Positions 1-14,308 of a DNA stretch of 64,000 nt are shown here, one piece after another (position 1 is the first letter of the stretch; every line of letters begins with the position of its first letter). Both the position numbers and the translations under genes were made by a program. The notes under the pieces are model-generated. The model saw only the letters and a list, made by a program, of their open reading frames with translations, was not told the DNA's origin and ran no database searches. The DNA comes from the human T2T-CHM13v2.0 reference genome, Homo sapiens: NCBI RefSeq assembly GCF_009914755.1, contig NC_060929.1; one strand, 5' to 3'.

Positions 1-565
1 TCATCTCTATTCCTGGCTTCTGCTGAGATGGTTGATTGGATCTGTGGGTCACATGCCTAATCTCTTCAGTAAGGGATCATCCAACCACACCCTGGATATT
101 CTCTATAGAATGTGTTTTCTCATTTTGTATAACATGTATAGGCTGAGAATTTTTCAAGCCTTCAAGTTCTAGTTCCCTTTTGCTTACCAATTTCTTATAC
201 AATTTCTTATTCAATTTAGCTGTCTTCTCATATTTTACTATAAACAGTAAGGAAAAACCAGGCCATACTTTCAACACTTTGCTTAGAAATGTCTACATTC
301 ACCTACTTTCTACAAAACACTACAACACAATTCAGCCATGTTCTTTGTCCCTTTATAATAAGGATTGCCTTTCCTCAGGTTTCTCATAACATGTTCATTT
401 CCATCTGAGGCCTCAACAGAAGCACCTTTAATGTTATTATCTTTACCAACAGTCTCCTCAAGACAATGGAGATTTTTTTTCTATAAAGTGCCTCAAAACC
501 CTTCCAGCCTTTATCCATAATTCAAATCCAAAACCACATCCACATTTTTAGGTATTTGTTATAGG
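1..565 (-). mobile_element. MaLR internal region fragment (MLT1-int-like)
   Basis: Reverse complement reads CTATAACAAATACCTAAAAATGTGGATGTGGTTTTGG...AGGCTGGAAGGGTTTTGAGG, resembling the start of MaLR internal sequence (compare the THE1-int start at ~34560 in this window). Confidence 0.7.
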
Positions 566-585
566 ATCTGCCATTTAAAAATATT

Positions 586-711
586 ATTATTATTTTTGTA
601 TAGACAAGTTCTTACTATGCTTCCTAGGCTGGTCTCAAACTTCTGGTCTCAAGCAATTCTGCCATGGCCTCCCAAAGCGCTGGGGTTAAGCGTGAGCGAC
701 TGGACTCAGTC
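586..711 (-). mobile_element. Alu left monomer (FLAM/AluJ-like)
   Basis: GGCTGGTCTCAAACTTCTGGTCTCAAGCAATTC...CCTCCCAAAGCGCTGGG...GTGAGC is the antisense Alu left arm, strongly diverged. Confidence 0.85.
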
Positions 712-779
712 TCCTCCCAGTTCTTCAGTGAAAAAACTCTACAGCTGATACACTTGCACTTCTTTTTTTGCTTATTCAG

Positions 780-1165
780 ATATTCTTCTAGGGATGGGGA
801 TAAAGAAATTACCAAAGAAATTAAGTTCCTTCCCTCATGAGGCATCATTTCTATTGGGATGAGATAGACAAATGGATGAATAAATAAATAAACATATAAT
901 GTCAGCTTATGATACAGGATCTAGACAGTAGAAGTAGGGCAAGGATGAGGGGTGGAGAGGCTGCTATGTAACACAGAGTGTTCAGGAACAACTTTCTCTG
1001 ATGAAGTGACATTTCAGCATTGACTTGAATGAGGTAATAGAATATATCATAGGATACATGGGGTAAGAAAATTTCGGACAGGGAAACTGGGTGTAAAGGC
1101 CCTAAAACAGAAGTATGGTTGGCTTTGTTTAATGAATAGCAGAAAGGGCAGTGTTGGTTAGAGTG
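780..1165 (-). mobile_element. L2 (L2a-like) 3' fragment
   Basis: CCCTCATGAGG...TCTCTGATGAAGTGACATTTCAGC...AAAGGCCCT motifs typical of antisense L2 3' end. Confidence 0.7.
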
Positions 1166-1501
1166 CCTTGAGAGAAAGCTGTGGCATGTCTGTATTATGG
1201 CATTAATTCTAATGATGGCTTTCTCATGGGATCCACACAGAACCTCATCAGGTGCCATTCTCAGATGTAACTGACATGCTCACAACTATTTTCTCTTCAA
1301 GAATTGCTTTTTTTAATCAATATAAACTTCTGTACTTAAAGCTTGCCACCTTGAATTTTATTTTATCTGATATAATTATCATTACAGATTTTATTGTGCT
1401 TGCTTATGACATATATTTTTGTATCTTTTTTTCAACATGTTTATATCATTTTATTTAGATTTATTATTTCAAGTAAGATATAGATGGAAGTATTTTTATG
1501 A

Positions 1502-1678
<177 letters not shown>

Positions 1679-1758
1679 TTAATATTTGATATTTATTCAT
1701 ATAATTTTGCTATATGGGGCTAAATGCATAATTATTTACTTATTAAAAAGTAAAAATA

Positions 1759-2084
<326 letters not shown>

Positions 2085-2589
2085 TTAATAAACACAGGCA
2101 TTTAAAATTTGGAGTTTGGGGCAATAGTTTAATACATGCTTCTAAATCCCATTTACATCAGCAAGTAAGTGGTTATGGTAAAATATTTTTAGCAGTTTGT
2201 TTTGAAATCTTAGGATATTCTTCAGTTAAACAGAATTAGCAAGAAAAGATTTTCTCCTTGAAAACAGCATAAATATGAAGAAATCTGACATAAAATTAGC
2301 ATCCTTGATTGTCTTTAATAAGCTAAACTGTGGTACATAATACATATGTGTTTTTTAAAAATTTTTTTAATAGTATAAAGGTTCTTTGTGAAATTTGAAT
2401 TATTTTTTGTGAAATCCTGAACTACCACTAGAAACCTAACAGCCATTTGAATCATTGGCTTAAAAAGAGTCATCCATAAAATACTGAAGCTAATACCATA
2501 CATATAATTTGTAATTAGTCTGATGGGGCTAAATATACTAGTTCTCTTTTTGGGGGCTTTCAAACTAATTTTTAAACCACTTAATATAT

Positions 2590-3215
2590 TCTTTTTTAAT
2601 TTTAAAACTTATTTTTAATTGAAAAATAACAATAATATATTTATGGGGTTGCAGTGGGATGTTTTGATATATGTTTACAATATAGGATGATTAAATCGGA
2701 CTAACAAATCCATACATTATATACTTATTTTGGGGGGAACATTTAAAATCTAATCTTGTGGCAAATTGGAATATACAATGCATTATTATTTATTATAGTC
2801 ACCATTTGTGCAATAACTCACTAAAGTTTATTTTTCCTGTTTTACCCTTTGATCAACATCTTCCCTTCTCCCACTTCAGACTCTCCCTAGCCTTTGGTAG
2901 TCTTCATTCTAGTCTCTACTTCCTTGAGTTAAAATTGTTTAGATTCCACGTGTAAGTGAGATCCTGCAGTATTTGCCTTCCTGTGCCTGGCTTATCTCAC
3001 TTCACATGATGTCCTCCATGTTTGTTCATCTTGTTGCAAATGACAGGATTTCCCCCCTTTACAAGGCTGAATAGCAGTTTATTGTGTAATTATAAATCAC
3101 ATTTTCTTTATTTATCTGATGAGGAACTCCTAGGTTGTTTCCATATCTTGGCTATTGTGAAGAATACTGCAATGAACATGGGAGTGCAGATATCGCTTCA
3201 TCAGCAAGATATTTT
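2590..3215 (-). mobile_element. L1MA-type 3' end
   Basis: GATTCCACGTGTAAGTGAGATC...TGTGCCTGGCTTAT...GGCTATTGTGAAGAATACTGCAATGAACATGGGAGTGCAGATATC is the antisense L1 3' end. Confidence 0.85.
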
Positions 3216-3660
3216 AAATTAGACTCAATACCTAGTTTGCTTTCCCAATTTCCTTTAACTGAACACATTAGTTAATATTTTAGAAGATTCAAAGAGGCTT
3301 TCCAAGAAATTTAGCTTCATAACACCAACTAAAATAGCTATGTCTTGAGAGATTGAGCAATTAAATCACTTTGATAAGAGCATATGAGGTCTTTTGTATG
3401 ATTAAATGTATCGAAATCTGGCTCTTTGAAAATAATAAGACTCAGAATTAGAAAAAACTCTATTTTTTTGTGACATCAAAACCATGCAAGATGTGACAAA
3501 GCAGAGCTTTAAAACAATCCTGTTGATGCCTAGAGGGTATTTCTTTCTTAATAACAGCCTTAACCAGAGGAAATTTTACACACACACACGTGCACACACA
3601 CATACGTATTTTAGTTTTCTAAACTCATTGCTTAAATTCAATCTCTACAAAAATAAGAAC

Positions 3661-3960
3661 TTTTTTTTTTTTTTTTTTTGAGGCAGAGTCTTGCTCTGTC
3701 GCCCAGGGTGGAATGCAATGGTGCCATCTCAGCTCACTACAACTCTGCCCCCTGGGTTCAAGCGATTCTCCCGCCTCAGCCTCCCGAGTAGCTGGGATTA
3801 CAGGTGCCTGCCACCATGCCCAGCTAATTTTTGTACTTTTAGTAGAGATAGGGTTTCACCCTATTGTTCAGGCTGGTCTTGAACTGCTGACCTCAGGTGA
3901 TCCACCCACCTCAGCCTCACAAAGTGCTGGAATTACAGGCATGAGCCACCACACCCAGCC
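3661..3960 (-). mobile_element. AluS (Sx/Sz-like), full length
   Basis: Poly(T) plus both Alu arms; TSD AAAATAAGAAC at 3650-3660 and 3962-3972. Confidence 0.96.
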
Positions 3961-4926
3961 CAAAATAAGAACATTTTAATCTCTTCATGATACACTCTGG
4001 CTGGAGATTTAGGCACCTTTAGAGTATAAAGTGATTAGCATTCAGACAATTTTCATTCCCAACAAAAGCTTCTGGACAAATTGATGGGTAAATTGAACAA
4101 ACTATCAGTTCTGTCTCATTATTAAAGAACAGCATTTTGGCAATTTCTCTGCCAGGGCCTTTGTTTTAATTTTAAAACATGGCTTACAATTTGTGATAGA
4201 CGGGTCCACTGGATTTTGCAATGCTTTCATCAAGTTCCCTGTGTCTCTTTGAGTCCAGCTGAATCTCATTTGCCTTCCATTTTGGATTATACATTTGGAG
4301 CACCATGTAAAGGCTATATAAGCAGTAGCAGAATGATTCCAGAACTGTTCCAACCATTGCTTTCAGCTTTAATTCACCTTTTTAGTCTTCGATTATGTTG
4401 ACAAGACCAAGATGTGAGTTTGATTATTAATGCTTCTATAAAGTCTTGGTGCTTATGACACCATTAGAGCAAGAGAAATCAGGGCTTTTATCTTAACTAG
4501 ACATATTATAATTTAAAGTGATTTTAAATTATCTAGTAATAGTGCGATTCCACTTTTAGATCAATCAAAAGATGACACTTCCGCCACAGCAAATAAAAAG
4601 AAAAACTTTGTAAATGCTAACATCATGGTTTTGTTCAATGAGAGTTGTATGATTCAAAAGTGCCTGGTATAGAAGTAGGATTAAAGAAAAAAGGATTCCC
4701 TTTGGAAAACATTTAGGCAACCAGTATTAAATAATTCTGTATTTTAAAACATCTTACCATTCAATTACCTCCAGGTTTTAGTTTCAGTCACTCTGTTAGG
4801 CATATGGTGAAATCATATTGATGGCCACCAGAAGTTCCTGAGAGAATTGTTAAAGACTTTTTTTCTACTTTCAGTGAATAAAATTTTAGGATAAAAGTAA
4901 TTTTTTTAAAATTACTTTGGGGGGAC

Positions 4927-5514
4927 TATGATGACATTTTAAAGTGTCATTTAGCTAGGCTGTACTAGATTATGCAGAATTCCCTTTTTTATGCATTTCC
5001 AATTAGGGTGAAGCACAAAGGAGATTCTTGCAAGATTTGGAAGACCTAGGGAAGGAAGTGACATTTTATGGCTGACCTATGCTGTTGCTGATCTGCTGCA
5101 TCATTTCAATGGCATAAAGCAGCATCTAGATCTGCGGTTGTTTAGCCTTTTCTGGATTCATCTTCAGTTTTTTGACCCCTGAGCCAGGTAGGTGTTTAGC
5201 TCTGAGATAAAGGCCTTTGCAGGATACCCTTTTAACCAAGGTCAGAGGCAACAAGAATGGACATGCATTTCAGTTTATCCTTGTGGGGTTTCTGACATGC
5301 TTGCAATCTTCCCTTCCTGATTCCTTGCCTGTGGACTTCAAGCTCCAACATAAGATACAGAGACATAGTTTTCAAAAGACTGCTTAACCAGCCCTCATAA
5401 TAGTGTAAGTCAATTACCAGTATCAAACACACATATGTATATATACAGGAATGTATACCTATATAAAATATATCTTGCTGGTTCTGCTTCTCTAGTTGAA
5501 CCCTGAATGGTACA
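4927..5514 (+). mobile_element. MLT2-family (ERVL) solo LTR
   Basis: Begins TATGATGAC..TTTTAAAGTGTCATTTAGCTAGGC and ends CTGGTTCTGCTTCTCTAGTTGAACCCTGAATGGTACA, matching MLT2 termini. Confidence 0.65.
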
Positions 5515-5919
5515 GAATTCTTCACTAAGCACTGGCTCTCATTGAAAGAAATTGAATAGGTTCTATATTTGTTGTGGAATATATTACTATGTTGTGCTCA
5601 AAGATGGAGGAATGGTTGTATCTGGAATGGAAATAGAGTGTAAGGGGCTATAAGATTGTAGATGGTAAAAAGTATGGGAAATCAATATACAACATTCTCC
5701 TGTTTTGATTTTTAACATTCTATTTGTCTTTCTCATCTTGAGACAACCCAACATACTTGCTAACAAAAGACTTGTATAGTTTACATTTATCTTCACTTAT
5801 TTTTCTCATATCCAATAACATTCTATTTCTGTAGTTAAAATATCACAGCTTGATAGCCAATAATGTTATTACCTAGTTATATAAACAACTTAACCCCAAA
5901 GAAATTAGAAGAATCATCA

Positions 5920-6500
5920 TAATCAATATAATAATTACAGTCAGTGTTTCAGCAATTAAGTGCTGGAAGAAAATGAACCCATGTCTTCACAGCTCTGAGT
6001 TAAAATAACTTTGAATCTAGAATTCTATACATAGCCCAACTTTCAATCAAGTACAAGAGAAGAGTGAAATTATTTTCAGTCATAAAGTTTTTCCCCATGC
6101 ACTCTTTTTGAGAAAATAAGAGCACACTCTGAAAACAAAGGAAATTCAATAAAGAAGATACATGGAATCCAAGAAATAAGACAACTCGACCAAAAGAGCA
6201 AATGGAAAGAAATCTGAGGAAGACAGCTGGGCAGTAAACCTGAAAAATAACTAGTCTACAATTGATGGGGGAGTTCTTAGGATTTCAAGAAGAATATCCT
6301 TAGAAAAAAAGGATTCTCACTGCAACAAATAATATGATGAGGATGGTGAACAATTTTAGAGATAATATTTATTATTGTCCTATTTATCTTATCTTTTCTC
6401 AAGAAGAAACAGAAAAGTCAATACAAACTTCCGGGATAAGGGTACGGAGAGTTGTACAAGAAATTCATAATCAAAATACATAATTTTGAGTAATCTTGAA
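5920..6500 (+). mobile_element. HAL1 (half-L1) fragment
   Basis: CTAGAATTCTATACATAGCCCAACTTTCAATCAAG...CATGGAATCCAAGAAA...GAAGACAGCTGGGCAG resembles the HAL1 ORF1 end and 3' region. Confidence 0.6.
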
Positions 6501-6544
6501 TAATAATTTTGTTCTAGAAAATGGTATCTACAGGAGACAAGTAT

Positions 6545-7025
6545 TATGCTTTTTTGTCTACCTAAAACCTTTTTAACATCTCTTCTAGGCTAGGAGAGTT
6601 TTTGTCCCTGGTTTTGTTATCCCTAAGGCAGAAAGTCCACAATCACTTCTCCAGCCTCCCTTCAGTCATGTATGTAACCCAGCCTGTGCCATTCAGATGC
6701 ACCTTTATGAGACATTAATTCAAAAGTAGATGATGTGAAGAAGCAATTACCATTCTGACATGAGTTCAAATGAGAGAAGAGGCAGAAGTCTAAACATCAA
6801 GTGCTCAGAATAAACAGATTTATTCTAGGGACTGTGTCTTTGGGAGGCAGCAGTGAGTCTTCACTGGATTCTGTCTATGTTGTCAATGTTTCTCCTTACA
6901 TTGTCCCCAGACTTGATTTTCCGTTGTGACATAGAATCTACAAATGCATGTGTTTTTTGTTGCTGTTGTTGTTCAAACTACCTAGCCTGGGTTATGTCGT
7001 TTAAAATTTAAAAATTGACTAACAG
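6545..7025 (+). mobile_element. ERVL LTR (LTR33-like)
   Basis: CTTCTCCAGCCTCCCTTCAG...ATGTAACCCAGCCTGTGCCATTCAGATGCACC core; directly followed by the internal-start motif AATTGGGACCAACAGTGG. Confidence 0.55.
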
Positions 7026-7420
7026 TAATTGGGACCAACAGTGGTTAGAGAGAGTAGGATTTCAAGAAAATTAGTATTAACAGTGATTATTTGACATTAG
7101 TAGAAATCTCACTATCATTTGGGGATGCAGCTCTGGCAACCGATAACTGGAAGAGATAAAATAGTTAATTGAACTATCAAGCAAACTTACCTAGAATCAA
7201 GTATAGACTTAAGGCAAGACTTCTGAGACCTTGTAGTCACTGCCTAAGAGTAATAAGGAGGACGTAAGGCTTCTTCTCTTTGTGCTGGAGAGTTCAAATA
7301 AACAGATTGACTGGACTGATATCCCAAATCTTTGCTCAAATCATGGTAAAAGGACCAAGGATTTTCTATGACTTTACTATAAAAGCCTCTCATCTATTGC
7401 TTTCACAGTGTTGAAATCAC
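7026..7420 (+). mobile_element. ERVL internal 5' fragment (gag-like relic)
   Basis: AATTGGGACC start abutting the LTR; GCTGGAGAG...GCTCAAATCATGG...TTCTATGAC resembles decayed ERVL gag. Confidence 0.5.
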
Positions 7421-7599
7421 TTTAAAAAATCAATTATAATTTTGACTTTGTAAATTACTCCTGGTTTTGGGGGTTCCACTTAACATTTCTTATAGAAAAG
7501 GGTTTATGCTGCTGAAAACTTTGAAAATTGATGTCTTAAACTATATTAATTTTAAATAAGCCACATATTTCTCTTTGAGCTCTAGGGCATCAGAAAAGC

Positions 7600-9455
<1,856 letters not shown>

Positions 9456-9456
9456 T

Positions 9457-9742
9457 CAGTGGAGTCCATTCTCACACTGCTATAAAGAATACTACCTGAG
9501 ACAGGGTCATTATAAGGAACAAGGTTTAATTGACTCACAGTTCTGCAGGTTTAACAGGAAGCATGGCTAGGAGGCCTCAGGAAACTTACAATCATGGTGG
9601 AAGGGGAAGCAGGCACCTTCTTAACAAGGCGGCAGGAGTGTCAGCGAGAACCAGAAAGTGCCTCATTTAAAACCATCAGCTCTTGTGAGAACTCCCTCAC
9701 TATCATGAGAACAGCATGGGGAAAACTGCCCCCCAGTCCAAT
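9457..9742 (-). mobile_element. MSTA-like MaLR LTR, truncated
   Basis: AGTCCATTCTCACACTGCTATAAAGAA...GGAGGCCTCAGGAAACTTACAATCATGGTGGAAGG...CACTATCATGAGAACAGCATGGGG. Confidence 0.9.
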
Positions 9743-9773
9743 CATATATATATCCAATATATATGATTGGATC

Positions 9774-9774
<1 letters not shown>

Positions 9775-9836
<62 letters not shown>

Positions 9837-10469
9837 GAGAGAGAGAGAGACATAGATCAGAAGGGATTTATTAGGGGAATTGGTTCATTTGATTATAGAG
9901 GCTGAGAAGTCCCATGATAGGCCATACGCAAGCTTGAGAACCAGAAAAGCCAGCCAGCAGTGTGACTCAGTTCAAGTTCAAAGGCCTCAGGACCAAGGAA
10001 GTTGATGGTGAATCTCAGTCTAAAGCCAAAGGCCCATGAACCCCAAGGGGAGAGGGTTTTTTGGAGAGGAGGCAGCACAGGTGCAAGTCTCAAAGGGTGG
10101 AGGATATGGAATTCTGTTGTCCAAGGGTGGAATAAGGGTGTTCAGGCTCTGGAAGAGACAGTAAGAATTCTCCTTTCCTCTACTTTTTTGTTCCATTCTA
10201 GCTGGCTGATCAAATGATACCTGCCCACAGTAAGGGCAGATCTTCTCTACTCTTTCCACTGACTCAAATGCCAATCTCTTTTTGAAACACCATCACAGAC
10301 ACACCTAGGGCAGCTCAATCTTCTAATCTAATGCCAAACCACCTGGCTTATTTTTAACAGAAGAGGGACAGGCTCAGTGCCTATAGAAGCACTGAGAATA
10401 TTTAGTGCCTTTCCAGCTACCCAAGTATCCCTTAATCCAGTCAAGTTGATACCCCAAATCAGCCATCAT
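9775..10469 (-). mobile_element. MLT2B-like ERVL LTR
   Basis: GGAATTGGTTCATTTGATTATAGAGGCTGAGAAGTCCCATGATAGGCC...CACTGACTCAAATGCCAATCTC...AATCCAGTCAAGTTGATACCCCAAATCAGCCATCA. Confidence 0.88.
9777..9832. repeat. (TG)28 microsatellite
   Basis: Directly visible; followed by a short (GA)n. Confidence 0.98.
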
Positions 10470-10900
10470 GGTTAGTAAGAGGTAAAATGTATTTGCTAGT
10501 AGCTCCATCCATGTAATTCCTCAACAATTAATATTCTGAGCCAGAATTTAGATGTTAGATGGGTTTATCAACCAGTCCTCATTTGTCATATGAATGACTA
10601 CAGTCCTTAATTACTCTTTCTTGAACTTCTTTCTCTGAAAACACAATCACTTGGACATCTTTAATATAGTATGTAATTCTTGATAATTATTGATTCCAAG
10701 TTGCTCCATCCTTGATTATGACAGTGCAATGGACTTATAGTTTATATCCCGCTAAAATTCATATATTGAAACCTAATCTCCAATAGTGATGGTATTAGGA
10801 GGTGAGGACTTTGGGAGGTGATTAGTCATGAGTATGGAGCCATCATGAATGGGATAAGTTCCCTTATAAAAGAGACCCCACAAAGCTCCCTAGTCCTTTT

Positions 10901-11341
10901 ACTCAGGCCTCTGAGCCCAAGCTAAGCCATCATATCCCCTGTGACCTGCACATATACATCCAGATGGCCTCAAGCAACTGAAGAATCACAAAAGAAGTGA
11001 AAATAGCCAGTTCCTGCCTTAACTGATGACATTCCACCATTGCGATTTGTTCCTGCCCCACCCTAACTGATCAATTAACCTTGTGACATTCCTTCTCCTA
11101 GACAATGAGTCTCAGAACCTCCCCACTGAGTACCTTGTAACCCCCATCCCCGCTCACAAGAGAATAACCCCCTTTAACTGTGATTTTCCACTACCTACCC
11201 AAATCCTATAAAACTGTCCCACCCCATCTCCCTTTGCTGACTCCATTTTCGGACTCAGTCCGCCTGCACCCAGGTGAGTAAAAAGTTTTATTCCTCACAC
11301 AAAGCCTTTTTGGTGGTCTCTTCACATGGACGCACATGACA
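10901..11341 (+). mobile_element. HERV-H solo LTR (LTR7 family, LTR7C-like)
   Basis: TCAGGCCTCTGAGCCCAAGCTAAGCCATC start, TTTGGTGGTCTCTTCACATGGACGCACATGACA end; flanks CTTTT/GTTTT fit a 5-bp TSD with one mismatch. Confidence 0.93.
11207..11213 (+). promoter_or_regulatory. TATA box of the LTR7 U3 region
   Basis: CCCAAATCC-TATAAAA at the expected LTR7 position; activity untested. Confidence 0.6.
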
Positions 11342-12594
11342 GTTTTTGCCATGTGACAATCCAGGCAGGCCCTCATCATACACCAAATTGCCAGCTCCTT
11401 GATTTGCAGTTTCCAGCCTCCAGAACTGTGATAAAAAAATTTCTGTCATTTTAAAGCCATCCAGACTATGTTATTTTTGTTATAGCAGCTGAAACAGACT
11501 AAGGCAAATGGTGTGCTGATGAATTCAAATATCCCTGTGGCAAAAAACACACATGTATATTAAATGTCATCTTATAAAATGTAAATTGTGCCTAACGGGA
11601 CTCTGAGACAGAAATGAAAAAGAAGATAATTGCCATGCCTATCATAGCAAATCAATTGACTTTCCCTGTTGTACTTTTTGTCCTGTCTTTACTATATGAG
11701 TATAGCTGAAGTAATAGGGGAAACATCATGTTTCTTCCCCATAGTCTACTCTGTCTCCAGAAAATCTGCCTTGAGTTCTGGACTGACAGGACTATTAGAG
11801 AGTTTTAGAATCAGTACTTTACCCTCGACTATTTTCCTAATCAGGGCAACTATCCCTTGTTGCCCTTCTGCAAATCCATATTGCTTGTGAGGAAGTCAGA
11901 ATAAGATCATTAGCATGTTTCCAGGAAGATATGGAGCCCCACATATTTGCCAGCATTAATGCCTAATGCACACATCCCTGGTTTATACTTTCTTCATCAT
12001 TCTTTTTTTCTTTCTCTCCTCTCCTCTTCTTTTCTCCTCTCTTCCTCTCTCTCTCATCAATTTCATCATCTAGTCCAGCCCAGTGGGTATTCTTTGACCT
12101 ATCAGGCTGAAGACCCTAACAGATACAAGGAAATTTTACCAATGTTCTATAATCAAGTGATGCATATGCATGAAGCTATGTTTTTGTCCTTGACTGTCTC
12201 TTTTTCCTCTGTAGGTGGAAGGATTATAACAAATGATGCATTTTTCATATAGCAAGAACACAGATATTTTTCCTTTTTATTTCTCTCTGCCAAATATACT
12301 GCCTCTCTCATAAATGCTGGTGTAATTTTTTTTTGGCAAGTTTATGCTATTCCATGCACTTAGTCACAAACTTTCAAATGCATTTTTGTCACAGAAATGT
12401 AGTTCCGCTTTAGAAGGACCATCAGTCCTGTGATCAGGGCCTGGAATCAGAACCCCTTTTGCCTACTCATACTTCTTTCTGGACTTTTTTTAGCAGCTTT
12501 ATTTCCCAATTATTATTGGTCATGTATTCTACCAAGGGCTTTAGAAACAGTTTTCAAAAATTTGTTTAAACCTTAGATGCCTTAGAAAGTACTT

Positions 12595-13100
12595 AATATC
12601 ATTTCCATTTTACAATTGAAATTGAGGCTTGGGTGGGCTAAATAAGTTGCCCAAGATCACACAGTAAATTGTTGTGGGATGAAAAATGGCATTTTCATCA
12701 CCAAGAATGTATTTATTAAATTTCTAATAATAATCATCAATTTTTAGGGCAACTGTTTCTGAAGCTCTGTTCTACAAGCCCACTGTCTTCCTGGCTGAAC
12801 ATCCCTATGTTTGCTCCTGAGAGAAGATGGAGCTATAGCCATCTCCCAACAAACTAATAAAAATCATGGCATGGAAGAGAGAAGATCATGCCAAGAGATG
12901 GGGAGAAATTCAGTTCTGATCATACAATTTGATCCTTGAATTCAACTCTACCTGAATCCAGATTCCCTTGAAATGTTAATTATATGAACAAATTCCCATT
13001 ACTTGCTCAAGCTAGTTTAAATCATGTTTTCTGTCCCTTGTAATGATACGTTAGTGGAGCCAAACTTTAAATCCAGCTCTGCATAACTTTAAAGTTGATG
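12595..13100 (-). mobile_element. MIR split by an MLT1 LTR
   Basis: CCATTTTACAATTGAAATTGAGGCT...TTGCCCAAGATCACACAG resumes after the LTR as TTAGTGGAGCCAAACTTTAAATCCAG. Confidence 0.6.
12671..13049 (+). mobile_element. Old MLT1 (J/K/L-like) LTR
   Basis: GGAGCTATAGCCATCT...TTTGATCCTTGAATTCAACTCTACCTGAA...TTGCTCAAGCTAGTTTAAATCATGTTTTCTGTCCCTTGTAA. Confidence 0.6.
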
Positions 13101-13966
13101 TAATAATCTCTACATAAAAGTGCCTTTCAATGTTTATTATACTGAGGACAGAGGAAGTTCAAGGGAATCTTCACTAATATCTAGTGACTTATAAGTAAAA
13201 GATACTGTAATTTCCTTCTTCTATTAATAATGAGAAAATTGTCTTGTAAGAATTCAAATGCATGCAATGTGACAATTTACTGAGGAAATGCAAAAGTAAT
13301 AGCTGGCTTTCTCAAAATGATAACTTACATTATATATGAGTTTTTCATTACTAATGCCATTATATATTTTCTGTAGACATGAGGCATATTTTACTTGAAA
13401 GTCTCCAGTAAAGAGAGATCTCAATGTTATTATTTCCCTTTTTCCAAAAGCATATCCTCTAATAGGTGACATTTTCCCCTGCTAGCTTGAATTATGTAAA
13501 TGTTTCTTAATAGAAGTCACATAAACAGCCCATTTGTTTTACTTCTCTTCTTTCTAGTGCCAAATCAATATATTCTAGTGATGGGACAGATAACTCTGTT
13601 CTCCTCCTGCCTCCACTCAAAAGGAAATCATTTCACCGATTTAGACTCTTTGAACCTGACCTCATATTTAAGCCATCAGGATGAATTGGAGCCAAAGGAA
13701 AAATGACTATCCTGAAAGACATAACCCTTAGCAGGGCTGATGAAAGATTTCTCACTTGGCACATGGGCAATTTGCTACTCCTTGTGCTAGATGAAAACAT
13801 AGTGTGTGTTAATTTTTGAGTAATACTTATGCTCCCTGGCTCTGAAATGAATAAAATTCTGCAATTGTTTGTCAAGTATCCATTTAAAGACACTCATTCA
13901 TTAATGCCCTTGGCACAGAAATACTCAATAGCAAATCTTGTGCCCCATGTACTATACCTACCTTAG

Positions 13967-14308
<342 letters not shown>

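Larger units (their letters stand above)
10725..11506 (+). mobile_element. MLT1A-like MaLR LTR, split by an LTR7 insertion
   Basis: 5' part AAAATTCATATATTGAAACCTAATC...CTTATAAAAGAGACCCCA; 3' part CCAGCCTCCAGAACTGTGA...GTTATAGCAGCTGAAACAGACTAAGGCA. Confidence 0.88.
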
